Shown here in pieces: positions 31,223 through 45,229 of a stretch of 64,000 bases of DNA (positions are counted from its first letter, which is position 1; each line of letters begins with the position of its first letter). Origin of the DNA: the human T2T-CHM13v2.0 reference genome, Homo sapiens; the NCBI RefSeq assembly GCF_009914755.1, contig NC_060936.1; one strand, written 5' to 3'. A program made the translations under genes and the position numbers. Under the pieces are notes generated by a model. It saw only the letters and a list, made by a program, of their open reading frames with translations, had not been told where the DNA came from and ran no database searches.

Positions 31223-31224
31223 TT

Positions 31225-31942
<718 letters not shown>

Positions 31943-33088
31943 AACATCCATCTAGAGGTACACAAGGGTGGGTGAGGTATCTCAAATATTTAAGCAGTCA
32001 TATTTTTACTTGGCCTATCCTTACCATACATACTCAAAGCAAGATTTTCAGATTGAAACAGGAAGGTTGTTTCAAAGAGTTGATTTTGAAGACATTGTTC
32101 ATTGAAGTTACCTATGGTAACACTAAAGGTCTAAGTTAAAGGAGCCCAAACGTAAGGTTTTGTAAAGTAAGATAAATATACAACACCTTTCCTATCCTTC
32201 ATGTTGTTCTCTATAGGGAGACATAATCCAATATAGACTGAGAAAAGAAATGCTTCCAACAAAGTCTTCAATTGCAACATTATTAAATGCACTTTAGCTA
32301 GTGAAAATATGTTTTAGATATCAAAATTACTTTGTATAAAATCAGACTAAATTTATGAAAGTCAACCAGAAGTCAGAGCAACATAAAATTTGTGGACTAC
32401 GATCTGTTGAAAATCTATCAATGACTGGTAAATACGAGATGGTAGATTATGCAAAAGTTCAAAATACTGATTTAAAAGTTCAAAATGATTTCACCCAAAA
32501 TGGCATTGACTTGTTATTGATTTAACCAAAAGCAGTCCAAATTTACACACTACCACATTTAAAATTTACAAAATAAGCAGCTGAAAATGGCAAATTAAAA
32601 TGCATTAATCAATTGCTTGACAAGTCTAGATTTTATAACTAAAGAATTATGAAAAACTCAACCAAGTTATACAAGTAGATAATTTTAGAAGTGAAATTGT
32701 ATTTTAAGTTAAATGTTACTTAGTCTAAAGCTATTACAAATGATAGGAACTTAATCACTTTTATTCATTTTTAATGATTTATAAAAATGTTTCAACCATG
32801 GATGTCAACATTGATTCATCTCCAACCTGATTTTCACTCCCACCTTAAGCTTCATGTCATCTTTAGCTTTGTATAAGCAAATCAATACAGGCATGCCAAA
32901 TAAATTCTATTTCTGTACTCACTTCTGGTTTAGGCTTATGTCAGGTACCCTTTCCTTGTAGTTCATCCAAGTATTTATTAAAATGTTCCCAATGATGTTG
33001 ATAAAGGAAAGCAAAATTAATATTCTTTAACAAAAACATGACATTTGAGCCTTTATAAGTGTCTGAGAGGACTTGTCACTAACTAGAA

Positions 33089-33275
33089 CAGTGGTTCTCA
33101 ACCTGTGGACTCCGAGTGAGAAGCACCAGTAACACCTGAAAACATGTTACACATGAAAACTTGTAGGATCCCACCTTAGACATGCTGAATCTGAAACGCT
33201 GGGGAAATAGGGCTCAGTGATATTTTAACAAGCCCTTTGTGATTCTAAGACATGCTAAAGATTGAGGAACAATTA
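33089..33275. mobile_element. MER5A (hAT-Charlie MITE)
   Basis: CAGTGGTTCTCAA...CTGAATCTGAAAC...TTTTAACAAGCCCT...GTGATTCT. Confidence 0.85.
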
Positions 33276-33599
33276 GAATGTAGAAGAAATTGGACTGATA
33301 TTCATGATGTGGACTATGCACACCTATTTGCAAAAACAAAACATTTCACATTCAGGAAATAAGTAGGAAGAGGTTCTACTCAGCTCCATCAACAATTCCT
33401 AGTTTTAGAAATACAGAATCTGTTACTCAACCAAAATAAAAACCAAACCAAAGGAAGTATCCACTCTTACTGTGTAGACACCACCATCTGAGGAACTGTG
33501 GGAGAGCTGTTTTTCTCCTACCTTAGCTCTCAACCATTATGTTGTGGGCCATTTAATTTTTCCTACTTCTTTCATGGCATTTTTGTGTGTTTTTATTAT

Positions 33600-33770
33600 T
33601 TAATACATATCTTTTCCTCTCATAGTACCTTGAGAGTAGTGGCCATGCCTTTTCTTTTTTTGCCACTGAATGTCCAGCAACTATATCAGTACCTGATATG
33701 CTGTAGAAACTTAATAAATATGCTAAATAAGCATGGAATTAATGGATTAATGACAAAGTGAATGAATGCT
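33600..33770 (+). mobile_element. L2 3' end
   Basis: CAGTACCTG...AATAAATATG...TGAATGAATG tail. Confidence 0.6.
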
Positions 33771-34756
33771 GCACTATAAACTGTCATGTCTGTATCAGTT
33801 TTCACTGGATTCTTCTGAACTATTATTGTAACTGGCACAGGGCAAGCACATAATAAATATTTGGTCAATTAATAAATTTACTAATGCATCAAAACTATTT
33901 TCCCAACTTGCGCTTTGCCTTTAAACTTAAAAACATTTTAAACTTACAAATATTTTTTGATTTTATATATTCAAATATAGTTTTTGTCTTTTTGGGGGAT
34001 TTCTCTCCATAATTCTAATCATTAAAGCCTCCCATTAATATATTCCTAAGTCTAACTAGACATATGTTTCTTTTATTTTGCTAATCCCTACTTCTGTTTA
34101 AAGAAATTTTATTTTGTTTACTTAGGATTAGTCAATGAAATAACCAAACTGAGTGGGTTCTGTTTTATATGATTAAGAGCGTTGATGAGTAAATTTTTCA
34201 CACACATATACAGAAGAGTTCAAAAAGGATAAAATGATAAAGAAATTACATAGCATTATTAGTTTTATATTCCTACCTTATTAATCATATGGCAATTTTT
34301 ATATTTACATTAATAGTATAATAATCATATATTATTAATTTTATATACCTTATTGGAAAATTCACTAACAAATTCCACATTTCTTTTTTTAAACCTTGAA
34401 ACATTCCAGATTAACACCCAGAAAGGACAGTCTCTGACAGTAAAAATATATAAATTATAAAAATTTAAAAAATTCCTTAGATTATTCTGTTTCTCTTTTT
34501 TAAGACATGGTATTTAGCTATCTTTGAGGGTTTTTTTAAATAGAAGTGTTGGAATTACATATCTACTATGTTCCAGGTATAGTACTAAGTACTTTTTCCA
34601 CAATTGCATTAATTTATATAGAAAAATTCTAACATAATTTTTTGCCTCTTTATTTTTCAGAATAGAAAACTTTCAGATAATGTCAGCATTTCTGTAGGGA
34701 AACATTACTAGTATTTTACCCAAGAATTATACTTAAGTCTATTTGATTCCAATAAT

Positions 34757-35200
34757 ACATCAGTCAACTCTTGCTGTGCAAAAGATAATCCAAAATCTAG
34801 TGACTTAAAACAATGAATCTTTATTATTTTCTACAATTCTGTGGATGGCTAATGGTTCTTTTAGTCTATGCTGGTTTAGCTGATTCCTCTGGTCAGGTGG
34901 TGGCTTTACTGGGGCCTGACAGTCTGGGAGGTCCTTATTCACATACCACGCAGCTGGCCCACTCTCAGCCACAGTGCCACATGTTATTTTCTACATGGAC
35001 TCCTCATCAGGGGGGCTCAGGCTATTCACACGATGATATAAGGATACTACATTCAGCTAGATAGTGAGCCCCATTTCAGAAGCTGTTTCACACTTCAGAA
35101 TCATTAGTTGATTCTGCTTCCATATCAACTAATGTCTCAGTGGCCAAACAAGTCACATAGCCAAGCCTGGATTCAAAGAGAGGAGAAGCTTTCCACAATG
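34757..35200 (-). mobile_element. Old MLT1 (H/I/J-like) LTR
   Basis: CCAAAATCTAGTGACTTAAAACAA...TGGCCAAACAAGTCACATAGCCAAGCC. Confidence 0.72.
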
Positions 35201-38200
35201 CAATTTTTAGAACAAGATCTGAATTGTGTGTTTTCCAAATAATCTAAACTGTACATACTTTAGATAAAATCATATTCCTGCATACATATTTGAGAAGACA
35301 TCTAATATTTTCATGGAAGGTGACTAAAAGTTTGATTATTATTTTTTGGAAAACATATACAATTGCTCAGAAATATGTTTAATCAATTCAATTATATTTT
35401 AATACTAATTTGCAAAGCAATATATATGTTCTTGGTGGATTTATTTGTATCCTCAGCTTATTTGTGTGTAACATTTTGATGTTTATTTCTATAATTATCT
35501 AATGTTTCTGAAAGTTAATTTTAGTTGGATAGTGATCAAGAAGTAGAAGCCACTCCAACCTCAAAGGAATTTGTTGATTAAAACACATGGTCTATACAAA
35601 CATTTTAGTTACTGATCCTCAATTAACATGCTTTATCTCAAGTGTACACAATGTGTTTTTGCTACAATTAAGTACAGTATACATACAGTTAGAATGTTGT
35701 CTATTAAATATAGCACTGCTTGGCCAATCAAATCATTGTACTGTGGAACAGGGAATGGCTTGCTATAAATAAGAAAGAAAGACATAGCATAGGATTAAAG
35801 AAAAGCAGATACAAATGCTTATTTCCTGGAACTTAGAAATATAGTACCTTAGTAGTGAATTGTAGCATGTAGTCAGGGAACTAAACTGTTATACTCAATA
35901 GATACATTATTCTTAGAGATATGAAATGAAAAAAAGATAACTGAGTCTGCTTTTATGTTCACCATGCAACTCTTTAAATTTAATAGTGATTGTTTTATAC
36001 TCACTGTTAACCTACTTAACATTTTTAGTCTTTTATTTTTTATAAGTTAGCCTCCAAAAATTCTATGTCCAAAGTGTGCCTTGAACTCAGAAACATTCAT
36101 AAATATTTCTCGCTATGGATCTAAAGGGATAAATTAGGTGATGATCATTCAACTTACAAGTCAATTTGTTACAGTATTCCTTTCAACAGCCACCCTCTGG
36201 CATATTAAAATGTAAATCAATTTATAAATGATGACTTAAATGATGACTTATACACTTGCTGAGAGAGTAATGCAACTTACTGACATGAAGATTGCTTGTA
36301 AAAGTTTTCAAATATGAATCCATTTTTCTAAAATAGATGCAATAGCAATTAGATAATATAGTACACTTTTTTCTAAAATGCTTAATATGAAATGGTAATT
36401 TTGATAACCTCAAGTAGATACTATGTCACAAAATATTTATTTCAAATAGAACAAACTCAGTCTATAGTTCAATATAGGTTGAATAATTTTACATAACCAC
36501 AGGCTATGTCTCTTCTAAATATAGCACATATTTGATATTACATCTCGTTGCCAGATTAGATGACAAGCAATATTCAAATCAAAAAATCCTCTTGTATAAA
36601 CAGACTGTTACTATAGTGTCAGATTATGATTTTCAATTACCATATGTTTCTAAATGTTTGTTTAGGATTTTAGAAACAGTGTGCTTTTTTCTCTCAAGCA
36701 ATAAAATAAAATAAGCCTTTATTTTGGTAATATTTGAAAGTATAAATAGTGGAAAGAGAAGACAAATGAACTTTAACTCTCGGCTTGATAGAAGGGAATT
36801 ATGGTATTTTGGCCTAGAAAAAAAAACAAAAACTGAAATTAACTCAAAAAACCAGTCAGGCTCACAACACCAAAAAATAAAGGTAGTAAGAATACTGTCA
36901 TAGAAGCAAAGTTCTATTTCTTTTATGAATGTGTCAGTGAATAACAACACTACTTGAAGCTTTAAACTGCTATTATAAAACATTTTCAAAAGATTATATT
37001 TTTTCTTATCATGATATAAAATTACCAGAAACATTTTAAAGGTTATTTGCTATGTTTCCTACAATTAAATTAATAAAATAAATAGATCCCAATGCTCAAA
37101 ACGTTGACGTTTTTGAATTATGGTCATAGTTCTCTTTCGATCACATCTGAACTAGATAATTATGGAAGTGTATAAATCTGTATAACTGAATTACAGACTG
37201 AAAGGCCTTAAGCTTGTTTATGTATTTTGCTTTATTCTTTCATATTGTAGTATCAAACATTCAGAAAACAATTTTCATCATTGACCTTCAGAAACTCTTT
37301 ACTTTTTCTAGGATTATAAAGTTCTATCTCTATTTATTACTGCATTCAAAACTGAAATTTATAAAATGATTAAATAATTATATATTATTCTATATACTAA
37401 ATAGCCGTCAACATAGGATATGGAAGAAAAAGAAGCTCAGTTTTTCTATTGCATCTCTGCATGGACACTTCTGAAACTTGGTAGGTGAAAAACTTGGTAG
37501 GAAAAAAATTTTCTACTGATTACTGAGGATAAAATGAAACCATATGTCTCCAAACATCTTTAAATTCACAAAAGACTTCCTTTATAGGCATCAAGTAAAA
37601 CTAAACTTTGACTTAAAGTTCACAAAGTTAAGCAGAGGCAAATTTTAAAAATGCTTTTGGTGGAATAGTTTATAGAATTAAATTTTACCTGCTGTGAAAG
37701 TGTATTTACTCCAACACTTTAAAAATTGTATTTTTTTCTAAGCTGTAAGTACATGGACACAAATAGAAATACATTTATCTGAAAATATACTGAATTGGGA
37801 AGCTGAAATGTCATAAAACCCTTCTAAAATAATGTGTGGGGATAGTCATAACTGAGAAGGCATCCCCCAAAAAACACCACTGTCTAGATGCCGCCTAAAA
37901 GCGTCATGGTAAAAACAGAAATGCTAGGGGAAAATGTAGGAGAAAAACAGAGTGGGTTGAGCCCATGGTGTTATTTCTAAAATTTTGACTTCGAGGACAT
38001 TTTAAATATATTTTAATAAATAAAAAGAATTTATTTATTATTATGGCAACACAGATATATTATGTAAAAATCTTTTTCCAGGGTAAATCAGATAGTAAAA
38101 TTTATTGATTAATGTCCATATATTGAAGTTGCTTTTATTTTCCCATGTTTTATTTTTATTTTGCTATAAGAATTTTCACCAGGGTTAATGTTTTCTGTAA

Positions 38201-38284
38201 ATTTTAGAATAAAGTTTGACATATTAATACTTTCTTTTTTGCTTATGCAAAGTTTTAGTAATTGTGGCCTTTGCCAAAGTGAAG

Positions 38285-38420
38285 CTTGTTTTTCTTCTTC
38301 TTCCTCTGCTTCCTCATCCTCTTCTTCTCCCCTTGTTTTCTTTCCTCCCCCCTTCCTCTTCCTGCTCTTCCTTTTGCTCCTCCTTCTCTTCTTTCTTTAT
38401 CCTCTTATCTTCCTTTATTC
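38285..38420. repeat. Polypyrimidine (CT-rich) low-complexity tract
   Basis: Read directly from the sequence. Confidence 0.85.
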
Positions 38421-39657
38421 TTATGAAGTCCAATATTTCTAATCATTTTTAGCACATCTAAATGTTTTTAAAAAATATAATATTCATGTAGACAGGCATT
38501 TTTGACTGTTTATCTCATTGATATCTTACCTGTGCATCTAAAAATGCCTGGTTCATAGCATGTACTCAAAGATACCAAGAGAAATTTTGGTTAACACATA
38601 TGACAATGTCCAATTTAAGCTTGTATCTGTTAGATGTTATTTGCTCAGAAAATTAAATAAATATTTGGTAAATTTTGTTTATTACTTGGAAGAAAAAGAA
38701 AACTAATTTAGAGTAGAGTTAAATGATCTGAATATACGATGCAGTCAGAACACAAAGTGGTGGAATTAAATCATTGGGTCAAAACATCATGAATTTTGCT
38801 AAGTCTTGTCTGATTAGGCAAACCAACCACAAAAAGAGACAGACAAACATATTCCCTATTTGTGAAGATGCAAAATTTCTGGAAGTTTTCAGAAGACATG
38901 AATTCACTTTACAGGGTAGGCATGTTTTTCTGCCCTAAAAGTTCCTATTCAACACTTTGGTTGGCTTTTTCTTGTATTTCAGATCTCAGTTCAAATGTCA
39001 ACTTTGTGAGAAATGTATTCCCATTAGGTTATCTGAAGAAGTCTTCCCACCTCCGGTAATTCTGTAGCTCTTAGGATCTTCAGATCATGATACATACATA
39101 TGCACATGCATATACATGACTGTATGTGTATTTTATAGTTGTCTGTCTCCCACATTAGAAGCTAAATTCATGGAGGGTGGAGAACAGGATAACCTTCTGT
39201 TTATTCCAGTTGTATACTCAGGATCAATAGGAATATGCATGGCAAAAATAAGTCAAAGTAAGAAACTGAAGATATTTCCTTGTGTTAAAAGATGATCCAC
39301 ACTGGGAGGGCATTTTTCTTGATTTTTTTTAATACTGGGAAAACATGAGGTGCTCATTTAATATTTGAGAACTTAAGATGTCCACAATAGAATAATCTCT
39401 CAAGGTTAATTTATTTAATATATTCCCCTTAAGTGAAAATATGACAGTTAACATACTTCTTAAAAGTTGTTCTTTCTCTTTCTCACAATTCCCTTTAGTT
39501 AATCCCCAATTCCCAATTTGCTTTAGCAAATTCCCGTTTACGCAGGCTTGGATACACGGAATAAATTGTGAACTATCTTAATGGTCTACTGTGTAGCATA
39601 CAAAACAAAGGGACATCAGCCAGATGAACATTTTAGGCAAAATCTAAGATAAAGAAT

Positions 39658-39910
39658 AGAGTAGTGATTAAGAGCACAGAGCACAGAGTCTGCAGACACA
39701 CTGAGTTTGTTTCAAATCCCAGCTCTTTTCATTATTGAGTGTGTGATTTTTGAGAAATGTACATGATTACTAGCTGGGCCATAGTCTCCTTATCTGTAAA
39801 ATGTAATAAAAACTACTCATACATATTTTGTGAAGATTAGATAACTCACTGTATGTGAAGAATTTAGAACTGTGTATAGAATGCTATAATCAATGTGTTT
39901 TATTTATTAT
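39658..39910 (+). mobile_element. MIR
   Basis: GTAGTGATTAAGAGCACAG...TTCAAATCCCAGCTC...ATCTGTAAAATG...TGTGAAGATTA. Confidence 0.8.
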
Positions 39911-40951
39911 TTTTAAATATGTAAGAAGGAAACTTCTCGAAAAGGATGGAAGAAGCTAATTCCAAAGGAGATTTATTTTGTAACCTGGCTCTACTGCTAA
40001 CTGGCTTTATTAATTCTTTCATCTGTGAAGGCAATACTTCCTGCCTACTTCACAGGGTAATACTGCCTGCCTACTTCACAGGGATTTTTTGAGTTACAAT
40101 ATGGAAAATCCTTAAAACCAGATAAGGTATATAGTAGCACTCTATAAAAAGTGAACTATTTTATTTTGTTAATGATTTTAACATTGACTGTGATGATCTT
40201 ACAAAGGTATCCAAGATATATGCCAAAATATTAAGAGTACTATCATAAGATTTCTGGCAGCTTTTTAAAAAATTGTATACATACTTAAAATATATTGTAT
40301 ATAATTTTTAAATAAATAAATACAAGAAATATTAGTGCTTTTTGAACATGAAGTTCATCTGACTGCCAATGTTTCATCAGAAAGATTCTATAAAGTTGCT
40401 CACTAATGCATATTACTATATTTCTGTCAAAGGCATTTAATTATTAAGTCATCTGAGGAGTTTAATTGCTTGTTATACCTATTGACTTACAGTTGGAAAT
40501 ATAATGTGATTTTCTTTTTAATTTGAAGATGATAATTTACAGACTAGGCTTTTCTCATTTTAGGTTTAATGATGCTTTATTTCCTATTGGAAAGACTGTT
40601 TTGTTTCTCATCCCCAAACATTTTAATAATGCTTCTACTTAGAGTGTTAAATGAGGAATGACAAGTTTAAACTAGTATTATTTTGTGGGTAGCTGAGTAA
40701 CGTCAGCAAGACGCCTCAGAAGAGATGCTTGATGCTCACCACCACCACAAAATGAACCACGACAACCCATAGACAGCTAAGATTTGACTGGAGGGAGAGT
40801 GCTGAAAACAATGGGAAAGTGGAAACGCACCTATGGTGATTGGAAGCATAGGAGGACATATGGAGACACCCAGCCTCTGCAGACACTCTCCCCAACTTAG
40901 ATTGACCCAGAGTCGGGAGTGAGTTCCTGTTGTGGGGAAAGAGAAGCAGAC

Positions 40952-41339
40952 TGATAGGATTTGGTTCTGTGTCCCCACCCAAATCTCATCTTGAAATGTA
41001 ATCCCCACATGTCCAGGGAGGAACCTGTAATCCCCACCTGTCCAGGGAGCAAGGTGATTGGATCATGGGGCAGTTTCCCCCAAGCTGTTTTGATGATAGT
41101 GAGTGACTTCTCATGAGATCTGATGGTTTTATATGGGGCTTTTCCCCCTTCACTTTCCCTCTCTTTCCTGCTGCCTCGTGAAGAAATAGGTACTTGTTTC
41201 TTCTTCACCTTCTGCCATGATCGTAAGTTTCCTGGGGCTTTTCCAGCCATGTGGAACTGTGAGTCAATTAAACCTCTTTCCTTTATAAACTACCCTGTCT
41301 CAGGTATTCTTTACAGCAGTGTGAGAATGGACTAATACA
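40952..41339 (+). mobile_element. THE1D-like MaLR solo LTR
   Basis: TGATAGGATTTGGTTCTGTGTCCCCACCCAAATCTCATC...GAATGGACTAATACA; TSD CAGAC/CAGAG. Confidence 0.93.
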
Positions 41340-41899
41340 CAGAGGAACCTCACCAGTCCCATTGCCACTCCAAACACTTACAGTCTGTACTATAGGGAAA
41401 TCCCACAGTCCTTGAAAGCCCTGAGGCCACTTTGAATAGCTGCTGGGAATTCACACAGCTGCATTGCCATGCATTAGAAGCACAAGGTGGACAATCTCCA
41501 CCCTTCATCTACTGTGACCAAACTGCTTCAGCACAGGGTCATCTGGAAATGAGTGCCACCTCTGGAGTGTGCCCTGCTTTGAGGCCAGTAGGCACTGCAC
41601 CTCTCCAGCACTGGGGCTTCATTTTCATTCCACCAAGTCCACAAAGGTGGCTTAACACCACAATATCACTGTGCTAAGCTTGGCCCAGTATCCGCTATGA
41701 CTGTGGTCCTGCAGAGCAGGGAAACTAACACCCACGATCAACACTCCCAGCTGGAGAAACAGTCTGGCACTCTCACTCAGTGCAAACCTGCCCATAAGCT
41801 AGCCAAACCACTGTACACCCCTCCCTAGTGGGAAAAGTCTCTGAGTTACCAAGCAGTTGACATGCACCCTGGCTGGCAGCATAAATACATGCCCACGCC

Positions 41900-42790
41900 T
41901 GGGGCCTGACAAATAGCCCTACAGCCCTACATTGCTTCCCCACTCTCCATGGACATTTCTCTGCCGGGCCCAATGTGGGTGCCTATAATCAGGGCCGGGG
42001 AAACAGCCGTGCCTGTGGGTCACCCCTGGCAGACATGCCCCCAGGCCAGCTGATCAGTCACGTGCCCACATCTCAAGCCCAAGACAGAGCACCAATTGAC
42101 ACTCTTTAAGGGAACACACCCAGGGCTACTGAGCAGCTTTGTGCCTGTATCCAGGCTAGAAAAATAGCCCTAGGGACTGCCTTTGGTGAGCATGCCCCCA
42201 GGCCAGCCAAATAGCTATATGCCAATGTTATCAGCCTAAGAAACAACCCTTTAAGGTTCCCCTGGTGGTCAAGCCCTGAGGCTGGCCAAACAGACTTATG
42301 ACCATATCCCAGGCCTGATAAACAGTCTTTTGGGCCAGACCGGGCAGGCACATAGCCAAGGCAGCCAAGCAGCCTTGCACATGTGTCCTGGGCCTTAGAA
42401 ACAGCCCTGTGGACTGTTCCCAGCTGACTTATCTCCAGGCCAGACTGGTAGAAACAGCCTCATGGGACATCTCTGGCAGACATTCCTCCAGGCCAGCCAA
42501 ACAGCTGTGTGCCCATGTTCCAGGCCTCAGAAACAGTCCCATGGGCTGCTCCTGGTTGAAACACCCCCACATTGGCCAAGTAGCCTTGTGCCTACATCCA
42601 AAGCCTGATAAACAGCCCTGTGGTTCACTGCCAGCAGACATGCACGCAGGCCAGCTGAGTAACTAGGTGGCTGTGCCCCCACCCAGAGTAACAGCCTTAT
42701 GGCTCTAACCCCAGTGAAACAGACCTTATGATGGCAAACCCACTGTGTGGACACACGTACCCCCAACCTGAGAAACAGCCTAATAAGGCA
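41900..42790 (+). repeat. Degenerate 79-bp tandem array of about 11-12 units
   Basis: The AAACAGCCC-like anchor falls at 41911, 42001, 42082, 42162, 42241, 42320, 42399, 42452, 42531, 42610, 42689 and 42773. Confidence 0.85.
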
Positions 42791-43281
42791 ACACCAGGCA
42801 AAGCTGCACCACCACTGCCATAAATTCTCTCAACTTAGGCCACTGAGATGCTTGCAAATGTCACTAGCATGGATTACATCTGAAGAAACTACACAGAGAT
42901 TACACTATTGTGTCCAACTAGAACCAAAGCCAGTGCATCCCACCTAATGGATACACCAAGCTCCACCTATACAAATAAGCCTTCCCCTAGAAAACCCCCT
43001 CCATAAAGTTGGAAGAGGTAACTGTTTTACCAGATGTGTAGGCACACATTAAACATTAAAAAAAGCAAAAAAAAAAAAAAAACCAAAAAACAGACACTTC
43101 TAAAATAACAAAAAATTATCCAGTAATAGACCTCAATCATAAGGAAAAATACAAAATTCAAGGAAAAGAATTTATTGTAATAATCTGAAGAACACTCACT
43201 GAGACACAGAAAAATATAGACAGAAAATTCAACAAAATTATGAAAATAATTCACTATTATTTTTATTACTCACTTAACGTA

Positions 43282-43740
43282 GGATATTATGTTAAGTGAA
43301 GTTAGTGAGAAATTGAAAGTTAATCAGTGCATGTTCTTACTCATTTGTGGAAGCAAAAAAGGTGATTTCCTAGAAGTATAAAGGAGAACAGAGGATAATA
43401 CAGGTTAGGAAGGGCAAGGGGAAGAGGAAGATACAGAGATTTTTCAAAGAATATAAAATTATAGCTACACAGAAAAAATAAGTTCTAGTGTTCTATGCCA
43501 TTGTAGATTGACTACAGTTAACAATAATATATCATATAATTTCAAATAGCTAAAGGGAATATATTAAATTTTCTGAACACAAAGAAATAATAAATGTTTG
43601 AGATGAATAGTTATTCTAATTACCTTGATCTGATCATTATACATTATATGTATCAAATATCACTATGTACTTCATAAATATGTACAATTATTATGTGCCA
43701 ATTTAAAAATATACAATCAATACATACAAAATAAATAGAA
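43282..43740 (+). mobile_element. L1MA3/4-like 3' UTR
   Basis: AATAAGTTCTAGTGTTCTAT...ACACAAAGAAATAATAAATGTTTGAG...AAATATGTACAATTATTATGTG. Confidence 0.85.
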
Positions 43741-43894
43741 TTAGGAAGGTAGAGAATGTGAAAAAATAAAAACAGTTATAAATTAATGTCTGTGAAATAA
43801 GCTATTAATTTTCTGAGGGTAGCTCAGTAACTCTTGTGAAGTAAATTGCATAACTATATCTCTCAATTTTAATGACTTGCATCAAAAATATGTT

Positions 43895-43999
43895 TTAGGC
43901 TGATGTAATTGTGGTTTTACCATTACTTTTAATGCCATTATTTTTTAATTTGTTATTACTTGTAATGGCAAAACCACAATTACTTTTGCACCAAGCTAA
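43895..43999. mobile_element. MADE1 (Hsmar1-derived MITE) variant
   Basis: The right TIR GGCAAAACCACAATTACTTTTGCACCAAGCTAA is followed by TA. The left TIR TTAGGCTGATG-TAATTGTGGTTTTACCATT is degenerate. Confidence 0.88.
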
Positions 44000-45229
44000 T
44001 ATAAGTACAAGTCACATTCTAGTTTGATATTAGCCATAATATTTTTTCTTAGTGATGAAGAATACAGAAATAATAATCATTTGCTTTTTCTAGATATCAT
44101 ACTACCTAGGTAAGTATTTCTTAAAGTAATTTCAGAGCTTGTGTACCGGCACATAATTATCAAGCAAATCACTTAAGGTCAATTTTATATCTAATACATG
44201 GCAATAAAGTTGCAGTCCAGTCAGCAAAACCTTGGCATAACCTTTATTCTGTTCAGAAAATTCTATTAATTCTAATTGTTGCTGGCTTAATGAAAGTGTG
44301 ATTCAATATTCTATATTGACCTTGGGCCATTTCTTTTTAGGGGTGGTCATGTCACTAGTAAAGGTATAAGAGTCATTTTTAACTTTAAATATTTAAACTC
44401 ACACCTACTCTAAATTCTAAGCAAAAGAAAACTGAATAAACAAAATTATCCTGAATCAATAAAGCTTCACAATAAGTTTACCCTAGACTTTTAAAGCCCA
44501 TAACTAATAAATCCAGTTTTGTTCATAACTACTTCTTGCCACCCTCCTCACTATTATGTTATCACTCCCATTGAATCAGCTTCATACTGCCCTAGAAACT
44601 TGTTCTATAATCGTTTATCTTTAAATTTGCACCCTCCAATCATTTGTTTTACCTGAAAACATGCTTCTTCCTGATGACACCAGTTTACCTATAGCTTGCT
44701 TGAACACATGACTACACGTTTTTTCTCTTCCCATATAGCACAAAGACTTTAAGAATACAGTGACATAAAGCTAGCTCTCTCAAATGCTAAATCATTGCTA
44801 TTAGGCCCATTTTTAGAAATTGTAATTGGAAGCTTGACTTTCAGTTGTGCCATCCTTTACTACTTCACTCATCTAAGCATAAATATATGAATACCTGCCT
44901 CTGAGTTTACAAATTAATTGAGAAAGTCAGAAATTTCCAGAACTTCTTGGTCTCCTACCCATTTATAAATGCTTCCAATTTATAACCATGCTTTATCTCT
45001 TCCTTCCATTTCATCATAGAAATAGTCCTCCTATTTAATGAAACTCATATCTCAGAGACCTTATGTTTGTTTCTTCCTTTTTTTTCATAGTTTTCAACCT
45101 CTCTTTACCTTCAATATGCCCAAAGTTCTCCTATATTAAAAACACACAGCACGTAAACACATACACATACATACACACACACACACACACACACGTGTTC
45201 AGGCACTCTCATGTCCCTTTCTGTTAAGT

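Larger units (their letters stand above)
40690..43253 (+). mobile_element. Old L1 (L1M/L1MA-type) 5' UTR with tandem monomers and the start of ORF1
   Basis: Start resembles an L1 5' end (CGTCAGCAAGA); GC-rich 79-bp repeats; then A-rich ORF1 N-terminus-like sequence (GACAGAAAATTCAACAAAAT). Confidence 0.72.

Noticed and set aside
36633-37034. 133-aa hydrophobic ORF
   Set aside because: The F/L/I/K bias reflects AT-rich DNA; there is no domain or exon support.
38188-38452. Ser/Phe/Leu-rich ORFs resembling membrane peptides
   Set aside because: They are translations of the CT-rich low-complexity tract.
40997-41050. Internal 29-bp duplication in the THE1 LTR
   Set aside because: I recall this as a recurrent THE1D/MST variant rather than a locus-specific event.
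41900-42790. Regularly spaced repeats superficially like a CRISPR array
   Set aside because: The entire unit is repeated and degenerate, there are no unique spacers or cas genes, and the context is a primate L1.
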